A program made the position numbers and the translations under genes. Shown here piece by piece: positions 49,633 to 63,089 of a stretch of 64,000 bases of DNA; positions within the stretch are counted from its first letter, which is position 1, and each line of letters starts with the position of its first letter. Origin of the DNA: Gonapodya sp. JEL0774 (lineage: Eukaryota); NCBI GenBank assembly GCA_027604505.1, contig JADIIX010000098.1, positions 1 to 64,000 of the forward strand, given 5' to 3'. The notes below the pieces were generated by a model that made no database searches, had not been told where the DNA came from, and saw nothing but the letters and a program-made list of their open reading frames with translations.

Positions 49633-50745
49633 CTATTCACTCACCCAGTCGTAGCCAAATCGTGCCCACATGGGACTCAGTGCATTCGCGTCACGAGCGA
49701 CGGTGGTGGGAAAGCTGGTAGCATTAAGACTTCTTGCCAATGACCGACGAGTGAGCACTACTTCCGTTGACTTCTGAGACCGGAGCTTCACGCTTGTGAT
49801 GAGACGGCGTCGGTGCAAAAATATCTCAACGAGTGGAGCTCGCTGTGCTCGGGAAACGATTGGCCTAGGCTTTCTGATGTGCGACGCGGGGCGACGGGTG
49901 GAGGACCTGGAAATAAGCAACTCGGTGTCATTAATACGTATTATGATTCAAAGCCTAGAAAATTTACCTTCGATCGCAGACGTTGCTCGTCGAACGAGCT
50001 GATGAGACTTGTTGGGGTTGAGGCTTCGGCCTGAAAATTACGGACACAAGTTCAAGAATGGGAGGTGAAGCACCGAGAACTTCACTGTAGGTCGGGAGAT
50101 CGATGATCGTTTCTGCTGAGTTCACCGTCTAAAGTCAACGAAGAAATGGTGTTGCTTGACTGAGTTGTCAAAATTGGAGCCAAAACCAACTCATCACCTT
50201 GGGGCATACCACAGGAAGAGCAGGATAATCCACATCATTCAGCAGAGTGAGAGTTTTGGCATTAGTCTCAATCATGCGAGGCTTGCGATAACGTTTTTGA
50301 GCACGGTGCCTCGCGGCACGGTTTCTTGCGCATTTAGCGCTTGCTCTCCCACCACAGCGGAGGTCCTCAACGCTCTGACATGAGAAGTTTAGACGCGCAA
50401 CGCCAGATTGTCGGGCGACAGAAGCCGGAAAGAAGACATTTTGGTCATCAGGTTCCATCCACTCAGTTAAAAACATCAAGATTGTCTGTGGGCAATGGCA
50501 ATTTACCGAAGCGGAGGACACTGCGACGCTGTCGAGATCGTTTGCAGCCAACGTGAGCGCAAAGCTCCTTGGCGACAAAGACCCGAAGTGGGAGGAGGAC
50601 CACCCGAAGAGAAAGATGGACGCCACGATGGCGGGTTTGCGTTGTGATGCTGCTCTGGACGAGGCGATTTAACCAGAAATGTTGGGTTGAAAATTTGGCC
50701 CTCAGGTGTGGTGGGTGGTGTTGCCGGCCGTGCCACCTCCGTCAT
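49633..50745 (-). CDS. Hypothetical spliced protein (structure uncertain)
   Basis: ATG at 50745 (MTEVARPATPPTTPEG) followed by short open segments flanked by GT/AG; no recognisable domain. Confidence 0.35.
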
Positions 50746-50976
50746 CTCAGGCTTTGAAAGTGGAAAAACCTTGACAGAGCATGTTCACAAAATCTTTGAG
50801 CGCGATATGCTATTCTTCCCGTTAGAGATTGTTGTGTTGTGAGGAGGTGAATTCAAACGGCTTGATTTGTTTCTTATAGTGAGGAAAAAATTGCACTTTT
50901 TCTCGCTCATTCCAAAATTTATGTATCGTCTTCGTTCAAAAAGATACCCAATGTGATGGTCTTCAAGTGACTCAAT

Positions 50977-53900
50977 ATGGCCAGTCAAAGGGAACTCCCA
51001 GGGGTTGACCACTCCTGGAGCACACATGTACGGAAATATCAGCACCACGTTTTGATGGAAGGTCGAAATCTTCTGTCCGGAGAGGGATCCGTAAATTATA
51101 GGACATTTGGCGGACAGCATGTACCCACTCCAGAATCGTCAGGGGACGTAATGCGACCTGCATTGGACCACCGAGTCTCCACTTCTGGAAGCATTCCTCG
51201 AGTGCGACATCGGTCCCGCTCAACTCATTCGACTCATCCTCCACGTAGGCTGTCGGGTGGGGTCACTCAGTTGTCATTGCGGCGACAGGACTCAAGTGAT
51301 CCGACTCGCTCTGTTCTGCACTCTGCGTCCTTCTATGACGATGACAGACCCCTAAGACCTCAACGCGTCATCAATCCGCGACACAGCATCTATACTAATG
51401 CTGAAAATTACGACGTTAATGCACCTGCTCGTCCCACACAATCGATCGGCGGCCAGTACGGAATCCCAATCGACCCCGGCATGAGCAAGCGCGTGGAGTA
51501 CTCCAACTTCGTATCTATCGACTGGGCTAATGAACTTACCCGCGAAAGTCATAGACGTCGTGAATTTCGGAGGTTGAGAGGGTGCTGGGGAAGCGCGCAG
51601 CGCCTGTTTTACGCCAGCCAGGCTTGGGTCATGGTCGCACTCATCGGTGAGTAACTTGTAAGAAGCGCAACATTCTACTTGGGAATTCTTGAGCGTCCTT
51701 GCTATGGTATGGTGTGCTCCCTTTTCCCTGTCAGGGGTGGTTGGAGCCGTCTTCGCTGCCTTCATCGACATCACCGGAGACTGGCTCTCGGACCTCAAAG
51801 AGGGCTACTGTCCAGACGAGTTCTACTTAAATAAAGGATTCTGTTGCATGGCGTCAACATGTGAGCCATTTAACGGACAAAACTTGCAGTTTGCGTCTGA
51901 TAACGGTTCGCTGCCATAACAAGCCGAAGATACCTGCCCATGGGTGACGTGGTCATCGTTGGCGTCTCAGAATCTCGGTTTTGAGGATGAATTGGCCAGC
52001 TGGATCATTTCGTTCCTCAGCTACACGTGTTTCGCGTGCTTGTTTAGTTCAATTGCTGCGATTCTAGTTAAAGTACGGCCCTCTTTCTGTTCCGCTTCTT
52101 TATCACCACATTCATCCGAGCAACGGCTTTGCAGACGTACGCTCCCTATGCGGCCGGGTCTGGGATTCCAGAAGTGAAAACAATATTGGGTGGTTTCGTT
52201 ATCAAAAAGTTTCTCGGTTTCTGGTTCGTTGCTCTTGACTCTTCCATTCAAAAACGTGTGAATCTGTGAATATTGAAGCAATTTTGAACTCAATAGGACA
52301 TTGATTGTGAAGACACTCGGACTTGCCCTGTCCACTGCATCTGGCCTGAACCTGGGAAAGGAAGGACCTCTTGTCCACGTGTTATGCGCTATTGGTAATA
52401 TTATGTCCAGAATATTCCCCAAGTTTGCATATAATGAGGCGAAAAAGAGGGAAATACTGTCAGCCTCAACCGCTGCAGGGTGAGTCTCCAGCGTCCTTCC
52501 CTGTGCAATATCAACCATAGTTTATCTTTCTTGGTTTCCCAGAGTAAGGTGAGAAGCTGGAACAGTTGCTATAGTCTTGCTCCTCGTCAAGCGCCTCAAA
52601 CTTTGACATATTTGACCGCTAAAGCGTGGCTTTCGGCGCGCCAAGTGAGAGCCTGTTATGTATCATGACTGTTCGACATTCGTGGAGTTCACGCACATGC
52701 TCTGTTATTTCAGTTGGTGGTGTTCTTTTTTCTCTAGAGGAAGCGTCCACTTATTTTGGCCCCAACACCATGTTCCGATCATTTCTGGGCGCGATGACGG
52801 GCGCCTTCACACTGAGACTTTTGAATCCTTTTCGAAGTGGAAAGTGAGTGTCAATTGTGTCCCCATGCCGAATTATTTCAAGCTTCGATGCCTATGCTAT
52901 TGCAGGCTCGTGCTCTACGAGGTTCACTACACTTCCGCCTGGCGCGAGCATGACGTACCCTTTTTCATTGCGTTAGGTGTCTTCGGAGGCATTGTAGGCT
53001 CGCTGTTTATACACGCAAACCTTCGTGTCGCCCAGTTTCGCCGGTGGCTCAAGGTGTCACAATGGCCGGTAAAAGAGGTCTTTTATGTAACCCTCGTGAC
53101 AGCCATCTGCAGCTATCCTATGATTATGCTCCGAGCCAATTTGGGTAGGCTTGTGAGCAATCTTTTCCGAGAGTGTTCTGAAGTGGATGTGGAGTTTTAC
53201 GATGTGCTATGTTCCGATGACATTACCTTCTCTGTTGCGTGAGATTCTTCAAACAGCGGCTCGTTTGCTTGCATCTCTGACACTTGGAATGGTTCCATTC
53301 TTAGGTCACTACTCATAGCCTTTGTTGTGAAGAGCTTGCTCGTAACGTGGACGTTTGGTATACGTGTACCTTCCGGCATTTTTCTTCCCCCTCTTGCAAT
53401 TGGAGCGCTTGCTGGTCGAGCGCTTGGGATATATGCGCAGTATTTGCAGGCAGAGTACCCCGACAATAGACTGTTCGCATCGTGCAAGGACTTAGAGGCG
53501 GGTGAACAGTGCATTTCACCTGGGCTGTACGCTTTAGTTGGAGCGGCCGCGGCGCTCGGAGGTGTGACCAGGATGACAGTCAGCCTGACTGTGATTGTGT
53601 TCGAGCTGACAGGCGTTCTCGAATATGGTGCGTAATATCCTGTGGATGGTCATGTTCATCACATTTTCGGACCTCTATAATTTCATTGCATTTTAGTGCT
53701 TCCAATCATGATAACCATTATGGTCGCAAAGTGGACTGGCGATTGGCTGGGCAGAGAGTCAATCTATGAGGGACTAATTACTCTCAATTCTCTCCCTTAT
53801 CTTTCCCCTCGGCTTGGTGAGCTGCGAATCACCATGCATGTTGGCGCTGCCGGACGCTAATATTGTGTTGGTTTGATAGATTATCTGCATCCTTTCCAGA

Positions 53901-54544
53901 TTGACGACATCATGACACAGGTGGCCAGTTTGCACACCATTCCTGCCTACGGATGCACCGTTGGCGACCTGAGAACCATGCTCCGACTGTACGATTACCA
54001 ACAGTTTCCCATTGTTGACATTGACATGACTCTTGTTGGAATTGTGGGAGCTCGGGAACTGCGTTACGCTCTGGACGAGGCGACGAACGGGGGTGCAACC
54101 GAAACCACCCCGCTTGTATTCGAAGAAGAGCACGGAGGAGTATATCTGACTGGAGTTGGAATGTCTACGGAGCCGGAGAGCTTGAATGGGGAGGAGCCAG
54201 TGAACCTGCGCAACTGGATCGATATGACGCCTTTCTGTGTCCAGAGCGTTGTGCCGGTGCAGTCTGTCATCGATTACTTTGTCAAGCTCGGGTGAGTTGA
54301 TACGGTGTTTGATATCCTTGTCTTATTACTGGGTAATCCCATCAAGCCGGTTTGTTCTAGGCTGCGCTACATTGCGGTCACTGACAACGGGTATCTGAAA
54401 GGTATCCTCACGAAGAAGGACCTACTGAGGCACTTGGTGCAAATGGAGGCAGCTGAGTTCGAGCAGAAACTTTTTGTGGAAACGGATCGCGAGAGGAAAC
54501 TTACTGCACGCATTTGGAATGTGGAAGGGAGAATATTGGACTAA
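50977..54544 (+). CDS. CLC-family Cl-/H+ exchanger (Gef1/ClC-3-like) with CBS domains
   Basis: [62 protein letters not shown], two CBS repeats; gating and proton Glu both present. Confidence 0.95.
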
Positions 54545-54637
54545 TGAACCCGTTTGGGTGAACTATTTCATGGGGTGGGACTTGGCAAATTTGCAACTAC
54601 ATTACTAGATACACTCAGACGTTTTAGATCGTGTAGC

Positions 54638-55658
54638 TCATTGTGATTTGGCAAATGTTTTTTGTTTGGAGCTGCCGAACAAAGTTATTATTGAACAACA
54701 CGCCAACTCTTGAAATTTGCAGCACCTTACTCACCCGACCGCATAGAGAACGCATTGAGAAGCGAGTACAACATTCAAGAGCGCAGCTACTACCGCGCCA
54801 ACGAGAAGAACGGGGTCATTGACTTCTTGAAGGGTAGTAAACACTCTGGCGACAGAGCCTGCTGAGATGAGGAATACGGTTATGGATGAGAGCTGACCGA
54901 CAGAACGGGTGGCGTAATTGGAGTATATTTGGGGAACTCGAGAGGCGATGCCTGACGGCCCGAGCGGTTGAAGCAAAGATGGGGTTGGTTGGTCAAGTTC
55001 AATACCGACTCCAAGATTATTGGTTACAAAGACTCACCGATAAGAATTGTGAGGCCCTGCAATGTCCCCAAAAGTCCCATTGGAGCAACTGCTGGTTGAA
55101 ACAGAGCGTAGAGACCTGCCAGGAAGGAAAACATCATTGCTCCGAGCTGTTGGTATTTGGAGGTATACCCGAGGATCAGCGCCATGATGAAGATGTTTTG
55201 TACGAGGAGGAATATCTGTTCTCCGTAGGTGGTGAAAGGATTGTTGTTGCGGCTGTTGTAGGCGACTGTGTGAGTGCGTGTATCGGATTGGGCATTGTGT
55301 GAGCAATCGCCAGTTCCCGACTGGCTACGGAAATCAATCGCCAGATAGGTGGTGATGCGAGTGAAATGCAAATGCTGCGCTCACCGGAGATGGTAAAAGC
55401 GATGGTTTCCAGCACATAGCTCGAGTACGAGATGCCGTCCACACTCCCACTGGACACGATGTTGATGATCTGTGGCACCTTAACGATGCTTCCGCCTACA
55501 ATGAGGCCGATGCTCAGTCCTTTAGAAATGAAGAGCTTCAGACAACCGGTGTCTGTGAGGTTGATATCTTTGAACAGGGATGTGTGACATTTCTCGCCCA
55601 CGAGTGGCAACAGAATCGGCTCGAGTGGGACAAGAAGGTCTGCAACGAATTGCGTCAT
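54638..55658 (-). CDS. MPDU1: Mannose-P-dolichol utilization defect 1 protein (PQ-loop)
   Basis: CLKLFISKGLSIGLIVGGSIVKVPQI, PFTTYGE, SRVPQIYSNY...GQLS...GSVARVFTTLQE. Confidence 0.92.
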
Positions 55659-56117
55659 CGGATAGCGGGGATAATTGAGAGGTGGAATTGGAATTGTGGA
55701 TCTCCACTCCGGTGGCACCAACAGCGGTTTTGTTGCAGCTGGTGAAACTGCAATTGTTTTAGCTCGCCCGCAAGTTGGTAACTCGCGGAATAAGATAAAA
55801 GGCTGGCCGCCCGTCTTGAAATCATGGACAATCCATTTCTGTCGCTTGGCTTTCCAGGTGTCTGCCCCTCTGTCGCCACTTGTTGGGGGTTCGGCAGCCG
55901 GGAGTAATGAGCAGTTCCCAAATTTGCATCAATAGTGAAGAGAAATACTTGAGTGGACTGGCAAGACAAGAAAACGTGTCCGTGGGTATGGTATGACGTG
56001 TACGTGGAGGCGGGTTAGAGGCGGAAGGATTCAACAGACATGAATCAATATCAATCACACAAATCGCTTGGGATGTCTACGTGCACAAGTCATCACAGGT
56101 GTTCTACAGGCTCCCAA

Positions 56118-58449
56118 TTATCTGTCTCCTGCTCCCAGGAGACCACTAAAACCACCACCGGTACTCCGCGCTGCAATTGTTGACAATTTGAACTGATGAG
56201 GCACAACTGTAAACACTCGTGTCAGTCAATAAAGCCTCGTCCTCCTTGACCGAAAGCTATACATCACTCACATCCTATTTTCCCGTTCTCCCAGCCGACG
56301 ATTGAGATCGCTCCACCATCGAATCTCGCAAACGTCACACACATTGGATTCGGCTGCCTCTCCACACCGTCCCGCACATCATCCGGCACATGGCCCGCAC
56401 GATCCGTGAAATTCCAACCAGGGCCGCGAATGTAGCCGAGTGGGGTGAATCTGGGGTCGTAGCGTGCAGTAGTCACGGAGAAGAGCGCAAGGAGTTCAGG
56501 AGTCAAAGGTGGATTCGTCATTGAGATCGCAGGTTGAGCCTGTGGCTGGAACGACACGATGAGGCGCTCGCTCGTGGACGACAGATGAATCGAGCTAATG
56601 GATCCGGCCAAGCTGGTCCATCGTAAAGAGGGACGAAGATACGATAGGATACGATACGATACGTCACTTCAGTCATACAACAATTCTCGCGGCGCTGGGA
56701 AGTGGGAACCTACGTCACAGCCTCGCCACTCCGTGTCTCACCCACATACCCGGTCACATCTAACGCCCTGTCCGGCATGTGAAAATAATCCACGGCGCCA
56801 TCTAACCCCTCAGTCCTACTCTCTCTCACAGCAAGGCATTCCACCAAGGTGCCACCATCCGCTGCATAAAGCAATGTTCGCGAGTCCGGTAGCCATGCGG
56901 CGCCGCACAGGGGAATAGGGACGTCGAGATGGCGCAAGTGCCACGCACGCGTGGACCAGATCCGGAGGGCAGGCACGGTACACCATTGTGCGACGTACTC
57001 CCCGTCTGGACTCCAAGCCACGCCTCGTGTGGCTCCACCAGTGACCCTGCTGATCCATGACCACTCTCCAGTGGTGGCGTCGATTACACCGAGACCGTCA
57101 CGGACAGAAGACCCGCAGATAAGAAGGCGGCCGCGAGGGTGCCAGGCAAGAGAGGAAACAGGTGGAAGGGGGAGATAAGTGGTCCGAACGGCGGATGGCG
57201 AAGTGGACGAAGGTTGTGGAAGGTGAAACAGAAGGAGCCCGGTGCTGGGGTGGAGATGAACCGGTGTGTCACTCATTCGACATATTCACTCATTCGACAT
57301 GTTGCATCAACCCACCTACAACCCACAGCCAACTCATACCCCGCCATCGGTCTCCACTCCACGCACGTGGCACCTTTCATCATCGGGTGGGAAAGTCCGC
57401 CAGGATGCGGTGGCCACCAACCCTCGGGACGGCCGAGATCGCGGATGAAGAGACTATCTTGACGATGGAGTATGGCGAGGACTTGACGGTGGTGGTGACT
57501 TGCGATTTGAACAAAGGGAGAGCGAAGGCGAAGGGACGCGAGGAGAGGAGAGACCCGATGTACCGAAGACTGTTTCATTTCGATGGCGGCGATGCACAAG
57601 ATTAGTCGAATGCAAGGAAACCCAAGCATTTTCGTTTGTGGTCTATTTCACCACATACATCACCCTCCTCGTTCTCCATCCACTCTGCCACTGAAGCCAG
57701 CGATTGAGCAGCAGCGTGTACGAGCGCCCTTCCCAGTCGTACAGCGCGGGTGCCAAGAGTTGGTGGAGGTTGAGCCCGGTCCGTTGGGGGTTGGTGGGGA
57801 ATCACTCGCGCGGGCAGACCTTTTGCGAAACGTGCTACTTGTTCCTTCCAAAATTTGCGGTCTACGACACGAGAAGCAGGTACTCCGAGAAGAGGTATCG
57901 GCGAATCGAGTAAGGAGGGTGTCTTAAGAGGTGAAAGGGTAGGGGAATTCAGGAATGGATTCAATCCAGGATCCGGAACAGCATTAGAGGTGGTGGATGG
58001 GTGGTGGAAAGAATGAGGGGTTCGTTCATCCGAGTTGGAAGGAGAGAATGGGAGGGAGAAGGGGAATACCACGTCTGGGAAGAGAGGCAACTGAGAGTAG
58101 AATTAAGTATTTGTAACTTCCAAAAATGAAACACAAACGCTTTGCACTTGCGTTTGCATGAAGATACCGCGCCACCGCCGCATCATCGTCGGGGCCATCC
58201 AAATGAACTTGGTTTGGGGGAACGGAAGGGATTGGAGACCGGCACCCACGGTGAGAGGCAACCAAAATGAGATCCTTACTCAAATCGTCTGAGATTTCAC
58301 ACGCTGTCACGGCCTGGGGTCCGGGTACTGGCGGGCGAAGTTCTTACAAGAATCACCAGAGTCAGCAATCGAACAGTGAGATCCGAGTGAAGACCAGATT
58401 TGAGAACATGGAAGTTTCATTTTCGCTCACTCGCTAATTGGATGACCAT
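56118..58449 (-). CDS. AAAS: ALADIN-like WD40 nucleoporin
   Basis: N-terminal RPPVPGPQAVTACEISDDL, LSHPMMKGATCVEWRPMAGYELAVGC, VAWSPDG...LRIWST, AAWLPDS, SERLIVSF, LGYIRGP, VGWENGKI. Confidence 0.75.
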
Positions 58450-58708
58450 TCCGAGCTCCTCCTTGATCCACTGGCGCCCGTGGAGACGGGAAGAAGAAGT
58501 GGAGACTGCCACCCATCATTTTGCAACGACCGAAGCTTGAGAAGCATTCCTCTGTACCCTCGATTGCAAGTCACAGTGCTTGAAAACATCACGGTGAATA
58601 ATGGCGTGTATTCGGCTTTCCGGTCATAATACAAAATAATAACTCGGCCCTCCCCACAAGTGTCTACATAACTTCCCAATGCCAAAATGGAATCACTTGC
58701 AAACTCAT

Positions 58709-60386
58709 TCACAGTTTCGCCTGAATTTTTTTGGCATCCTCCTCGGGGATACGCTCGATGATTGTGCAGTTGGAAGTGCCTCCACCCTCACAAATAGTCT
58801 GGAGACCGTACCTAAGGGAGAGTGTCACCAGCGAAGACAATCAGTGATGTGACGAACGCGGAAACGTTGGGACTTCCAACTCACCTGCCGCCTCGCCTCT
58901 CAAGCTCGTAGAGAAGTGTCGTCATGATCTTGCATCCGGTGGCGCCAAGTGGGTGGCCCAGAGCCTGCGCACCTCCGTTCACATTAAGTTTGTTGAGGTC
59001 AGCCCCCACCTCCTTGGCCCATGCAAGTGGTACAGAGCCAAATGCCTCGTTGACCTCGTACAGATCAATGTCTTTCATGGACAGACCGGACTTCTTGAGG
59101 GCGTTGAACGTGGCTGGGATGGGTCCGTGAAGCATCATGACAGGGTCTGTAAGAATACCATATCCAGAGTTGGGGGGAAGTCACAAAACGTGAGACGAAG
59201 CCACAGTAGTCATCAAGAGAATGCTGTGGAAATTACTCACCGGTTCCAGCAAGTGCCAGAGTGTGGATCTTTGCCCGGGGTCGAACCGACTTCCCAAGCT
59301 TCTTGAGACCCTCCTCGTTGACGATCAGCATGCCCGCAGCACCATCACAGATCTGACTGGCACTTCCGGCAGTCATGACACCTCCTTTCCTGAGAGGCTT
59401 CAATTTACTGAGCGCCTCAAGCGTGGTTCCAGGGCGGATACCCTCGTCCGCGTCGTGGATGACCTCTTTGCCAGATTGGTCGTGTCCCGTGACTGGGAGG
59501 ATTTGAGATTTGAAGTAACCTTTCTGGGTGGCGTTGTGGGCCTTGGCGTGGCTGGCGACCGCGAACGCGTCGATCTCCTCTCGGGAAACCTTGTAATGCT
59601 TAGCTACGAGCTCAGCACCGACAAATTGATTGAAGTCAACCCCCTCGCCGTAGCGGGCTTGGATGAGCTTCGAGTCCTCGCCCTTTCCGTGACCGGCCTT
59701 GAGACCATCCAACACTGCGGAGTTGATGGGGATCTTGGACATCATTTCGACACCTGGAATGGTTCAATTGAACATAGGATCAGTGATTAACAGAGTATGC
59801 AAATTTGATTTGCACAAAACGATGGCCGAAAATCCACTCACCGCAGGCAATGACGATGTCCTGAGTTCCCGACATCACAGCCTGCGCCGCGAAGTGAACA
59901 GCTTGCTGGGAGCTGCCGCACTATTAATTCAGCATCCGAGTTGTTGAGAATGTGGGCAGTCATCGATTTAGGATGAGGGTACTTGAAGAAATGTTGAGAG
60001 AACCCTCACTCCGTCGACTCACCATCCTGTGAACAGTGGTGCCCGGAACGCATTCCGGAAGGCCGCTGGCCAATACAGCGTTGCGTGCAACGTTCATGGA
60101 CTGCGCGCCAACTTGGTCCACGCAACCCATGATGACATCGTCAATCAGAGTAGCGTCCATTCCCGTTCGGCGCACAAGCTCCTTCAAGACCTCGCCGGCA
60201 AGGTCGGCGGGCTCCCAGTTGCGAAGGCGTCCGTTCTTCTTGCCACCTGAATGGTTTTTGCACAGGAGGGTGGCGAAAAAATTGTGATTGGAATTGTGGG
60301 GATCGGAACCTAATGAGTGTGTTCATCAACGAAGATGATCACACACCAGCAGTCCGGACAGCTTCGACGATGTAAGCAGTAGGCAT
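58709..60386 (-). CDS. Thiolase (acetyl-CoA acyltransferase), 6 exons, C-terminal PTS1 (AKL)
   Basis: [38 protein letters not shown]; ends IQAKL-stop. Confidence 0.95.
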
Positions 60387-61092
60387 TGAGATTCGATGCT
60401 CGAGGGTGAGGGGAGTGATTGATTGTTTCGGAAATGATAACACGGTTCAAAGACTGGGTTTATATGCAATGGGAGGATGGGGGTGAACAACTTTCCGCGA
60501 CGTCCGGGCAGGCGCCGGCGAAATTGTAACACTCCAACGCCAAAAATGCTGTCCGCCACAATTCGAATCTATACTTGAACCGTGGCAGGTACAGATGAAG
60601 GCTGTTGACATTAGTACTTTTGCGGACTCACATTTTCATCGTGCCTACACCTCTACCTGCCGTGACTGCCGGTAGCAACGCACAAGGAGAGTGCGGACAA
60701 CAACAAGTTCAAAAGCAACATTCAAAGCAAACTCTTGCATAAGGTGAGCGCGAGCCACTTGTGGTTGACAGAATCTAGTTCTCCGCAGCCTTGTGCTCGT
60801 GCAGGATAATTTAACTGGAGAAGTAAGTGCCAACCAATAGGTTCGATTATGGTCCCAATTTGAAGTACCATGACTCATTCTGTACTTATCAATTGAGAAG
60901 TTCATATGCTTGTGTATCCGATAGCCTTCCCTTTGTACCTAATTGTTTCAAAAAAGTGTGTCGGATTCTCGTAGTCTCGTCTCCCTTTTTGGAGGTGGCT
61001 GAGGCCAGTGACTGTTTTGCACTCACGCTTCATTCCAAAAGCAGCAACTATAAAGTTCAAGAAAGCTCCCTTAACCAGCCGCGCTGCCACGG

Positions 61093-62862
61093 ATGCGTCT
61101 CTCACTTGCTACCGTTGTGTCCGTTTTCCTGTCGCCACTTATTGTGAGGTCCCTCGACGCAACTACCCTTCCCTCGGCAACGAAGTTTGGACGTGGGAAC
61201 CCGCAGTGTCAGGATATCAGGGAGGACTTTAATGACCCATCTGTGCTGCTGCGAGTCGACTCGGCATCGGAAGCAACCCAGTGGATCAACGAGGAGTACC
61301 CTTTCACGACTGCATCGATCGTTGGTGCGTTGCTGGAGTCCATCATTTACTCATGCTCCGCCTTTCCTGACACCAGTCACCATGTTTGTTCTCTGTACGT
61401 AACTGAAAAAGATGGGAAATTGGCTCTCCGCCTGCAACTTATGAACAATTACACCAACGGCGCGGGCAAACAAGAGGGTTCCGGCGCAACAGTGTCTTGG
61501 AACCCTTGGATCAACACAGGAAGGACATGCTTCAACCTGAAGGCCGCTAGTGGCAAGGGTGTTGTAAGTGTTCCACATTTTTGACTGGCAGGGCTTGGAG
61601 TCTCCAACCCAGATGACGCAGTTGGGAGGAAAAGCCCGGCCGGCACATACCCATCAGCTACTCGGGGATTTCAGCGTACGACATGTGAACTTTTTTCAGG
61701 ATGGTGGACAGCCTTTTAACGCCTAAAAATCTTTATTTGGGAGGACTGTCTGGAATTGACGTAGTGTCTAATCGTCCCTCTCCGATCCCTAATGTCCATC
61801 CAAATCACCTCAGGTCACAGCTGTGGTGTGGTCTTCATGGACAGACGGACAACCGGTTGATGATAATTTAATCTGGGAGTGGGTGGATACCATGCAGGTG
61901 TGTCAATCTCCTGGGACCATGCTGCCAAATACTGACTCATGTCCCTGTTGGCATCACCAGTCCAACTACTATGCATTCGGTATCGACAATCCCCAACCAA
62001 AGGTGTATGTTCAATACACCGATTTCTCTACGAACTATCACACCTACTGTATCGAGAGGTGTTCAAACTTTGTGGCCTGGTCGCTGGATGGCGTGGAGAC
62101 AGATAGATTGACACTTGCAAGTGTGAACAACAACTTGTCGCTCTTCCCCTACAGGTAAGTTGATTTGAGATGGTGCAACTTACCATTTCAATCCACTAAA
62201 ACTGCGCTGCCACTACCACATTCTCAACGCTAGACCTGGTAAGATTGTTTTCAACATATGGGATGGCGGTGCAGGTGACTCTACTATCTCAAAATGGGCC
62301 AACGGACCTACCAGTGGGTGCACTTACAGAATCAGTCCACGCTGATTGTCTCATTGATCATTCTTTTACCGAATCAATATGTGATCTACGGCTTAGATTG
62401 GACGGACCCAAACAATCCCGAATATGTTATGTACATTGACTGGTTCGAATCAAGATGCGGATGTCCGGGTGAGGTTTCTCCCACATTCACGAGCGCTGCA
62501 TCTGTGTCCGCTTCGGACACCGTGAGTGCGTCGTCAAGTAAGTTGAAGAATAAACCCGGGTCCCATGGGTTACTAGGTTGATTAATCTGTTGGATTACCT
62601 AATCTTTCTACCAACAGCCGACACCGCTGCCTCTGCCACCGGCACGGCAGTAGCTTCTTCGGGATCGTCGTCATTGCCCACTAGGACATCGTCGACTTTA
62701 ACTCCAGCCTCGACGCGATCATCTAGCTCCAGTGCTACACGGACGGTGACCGGCACGAACGCGGCTGTGGTAGGATCTGCGCCGTCGGCGGGATTCAAAA
62801 GCAGCAGTACAAGTGTAATAGGCGTATTGGCGGCGCTGCTAGCAGTTGCCATTGGCATGTAA
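61093..62862 (+). CDS. Secreted, probably GPI-anchored GH16 (Crh-like) cell-surface protein with degenerate catalytic motif
   Basis: Signal peptide, LKAASGKGVV, WEWV..QSNYY, YHTYCIE...WSLDG, IWDGG...WANGPT, Ser/Thr-rich stalk, hydrophobic C-terminus. Confidence 0.8.
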
Positions 62863-63089
62863 GGAATATCGGGGTGATTGGTGGACGTAGTCACAATACT
62901 GGTTATGAGTGACAACAATTTACTGCAACTGCCCGAGCATTGCGGGTCAATCATTGCCTTACTTACATTAATAAAAATACTATCGTAAACGTCTTTGGAT
63001 TTCTCTGCTTCAAATAAAATGTTTGATGCACCATGATCATCAATATCACAACCTACAGGACACCCATTTCGGCTTTTTGAAAAAGCACG

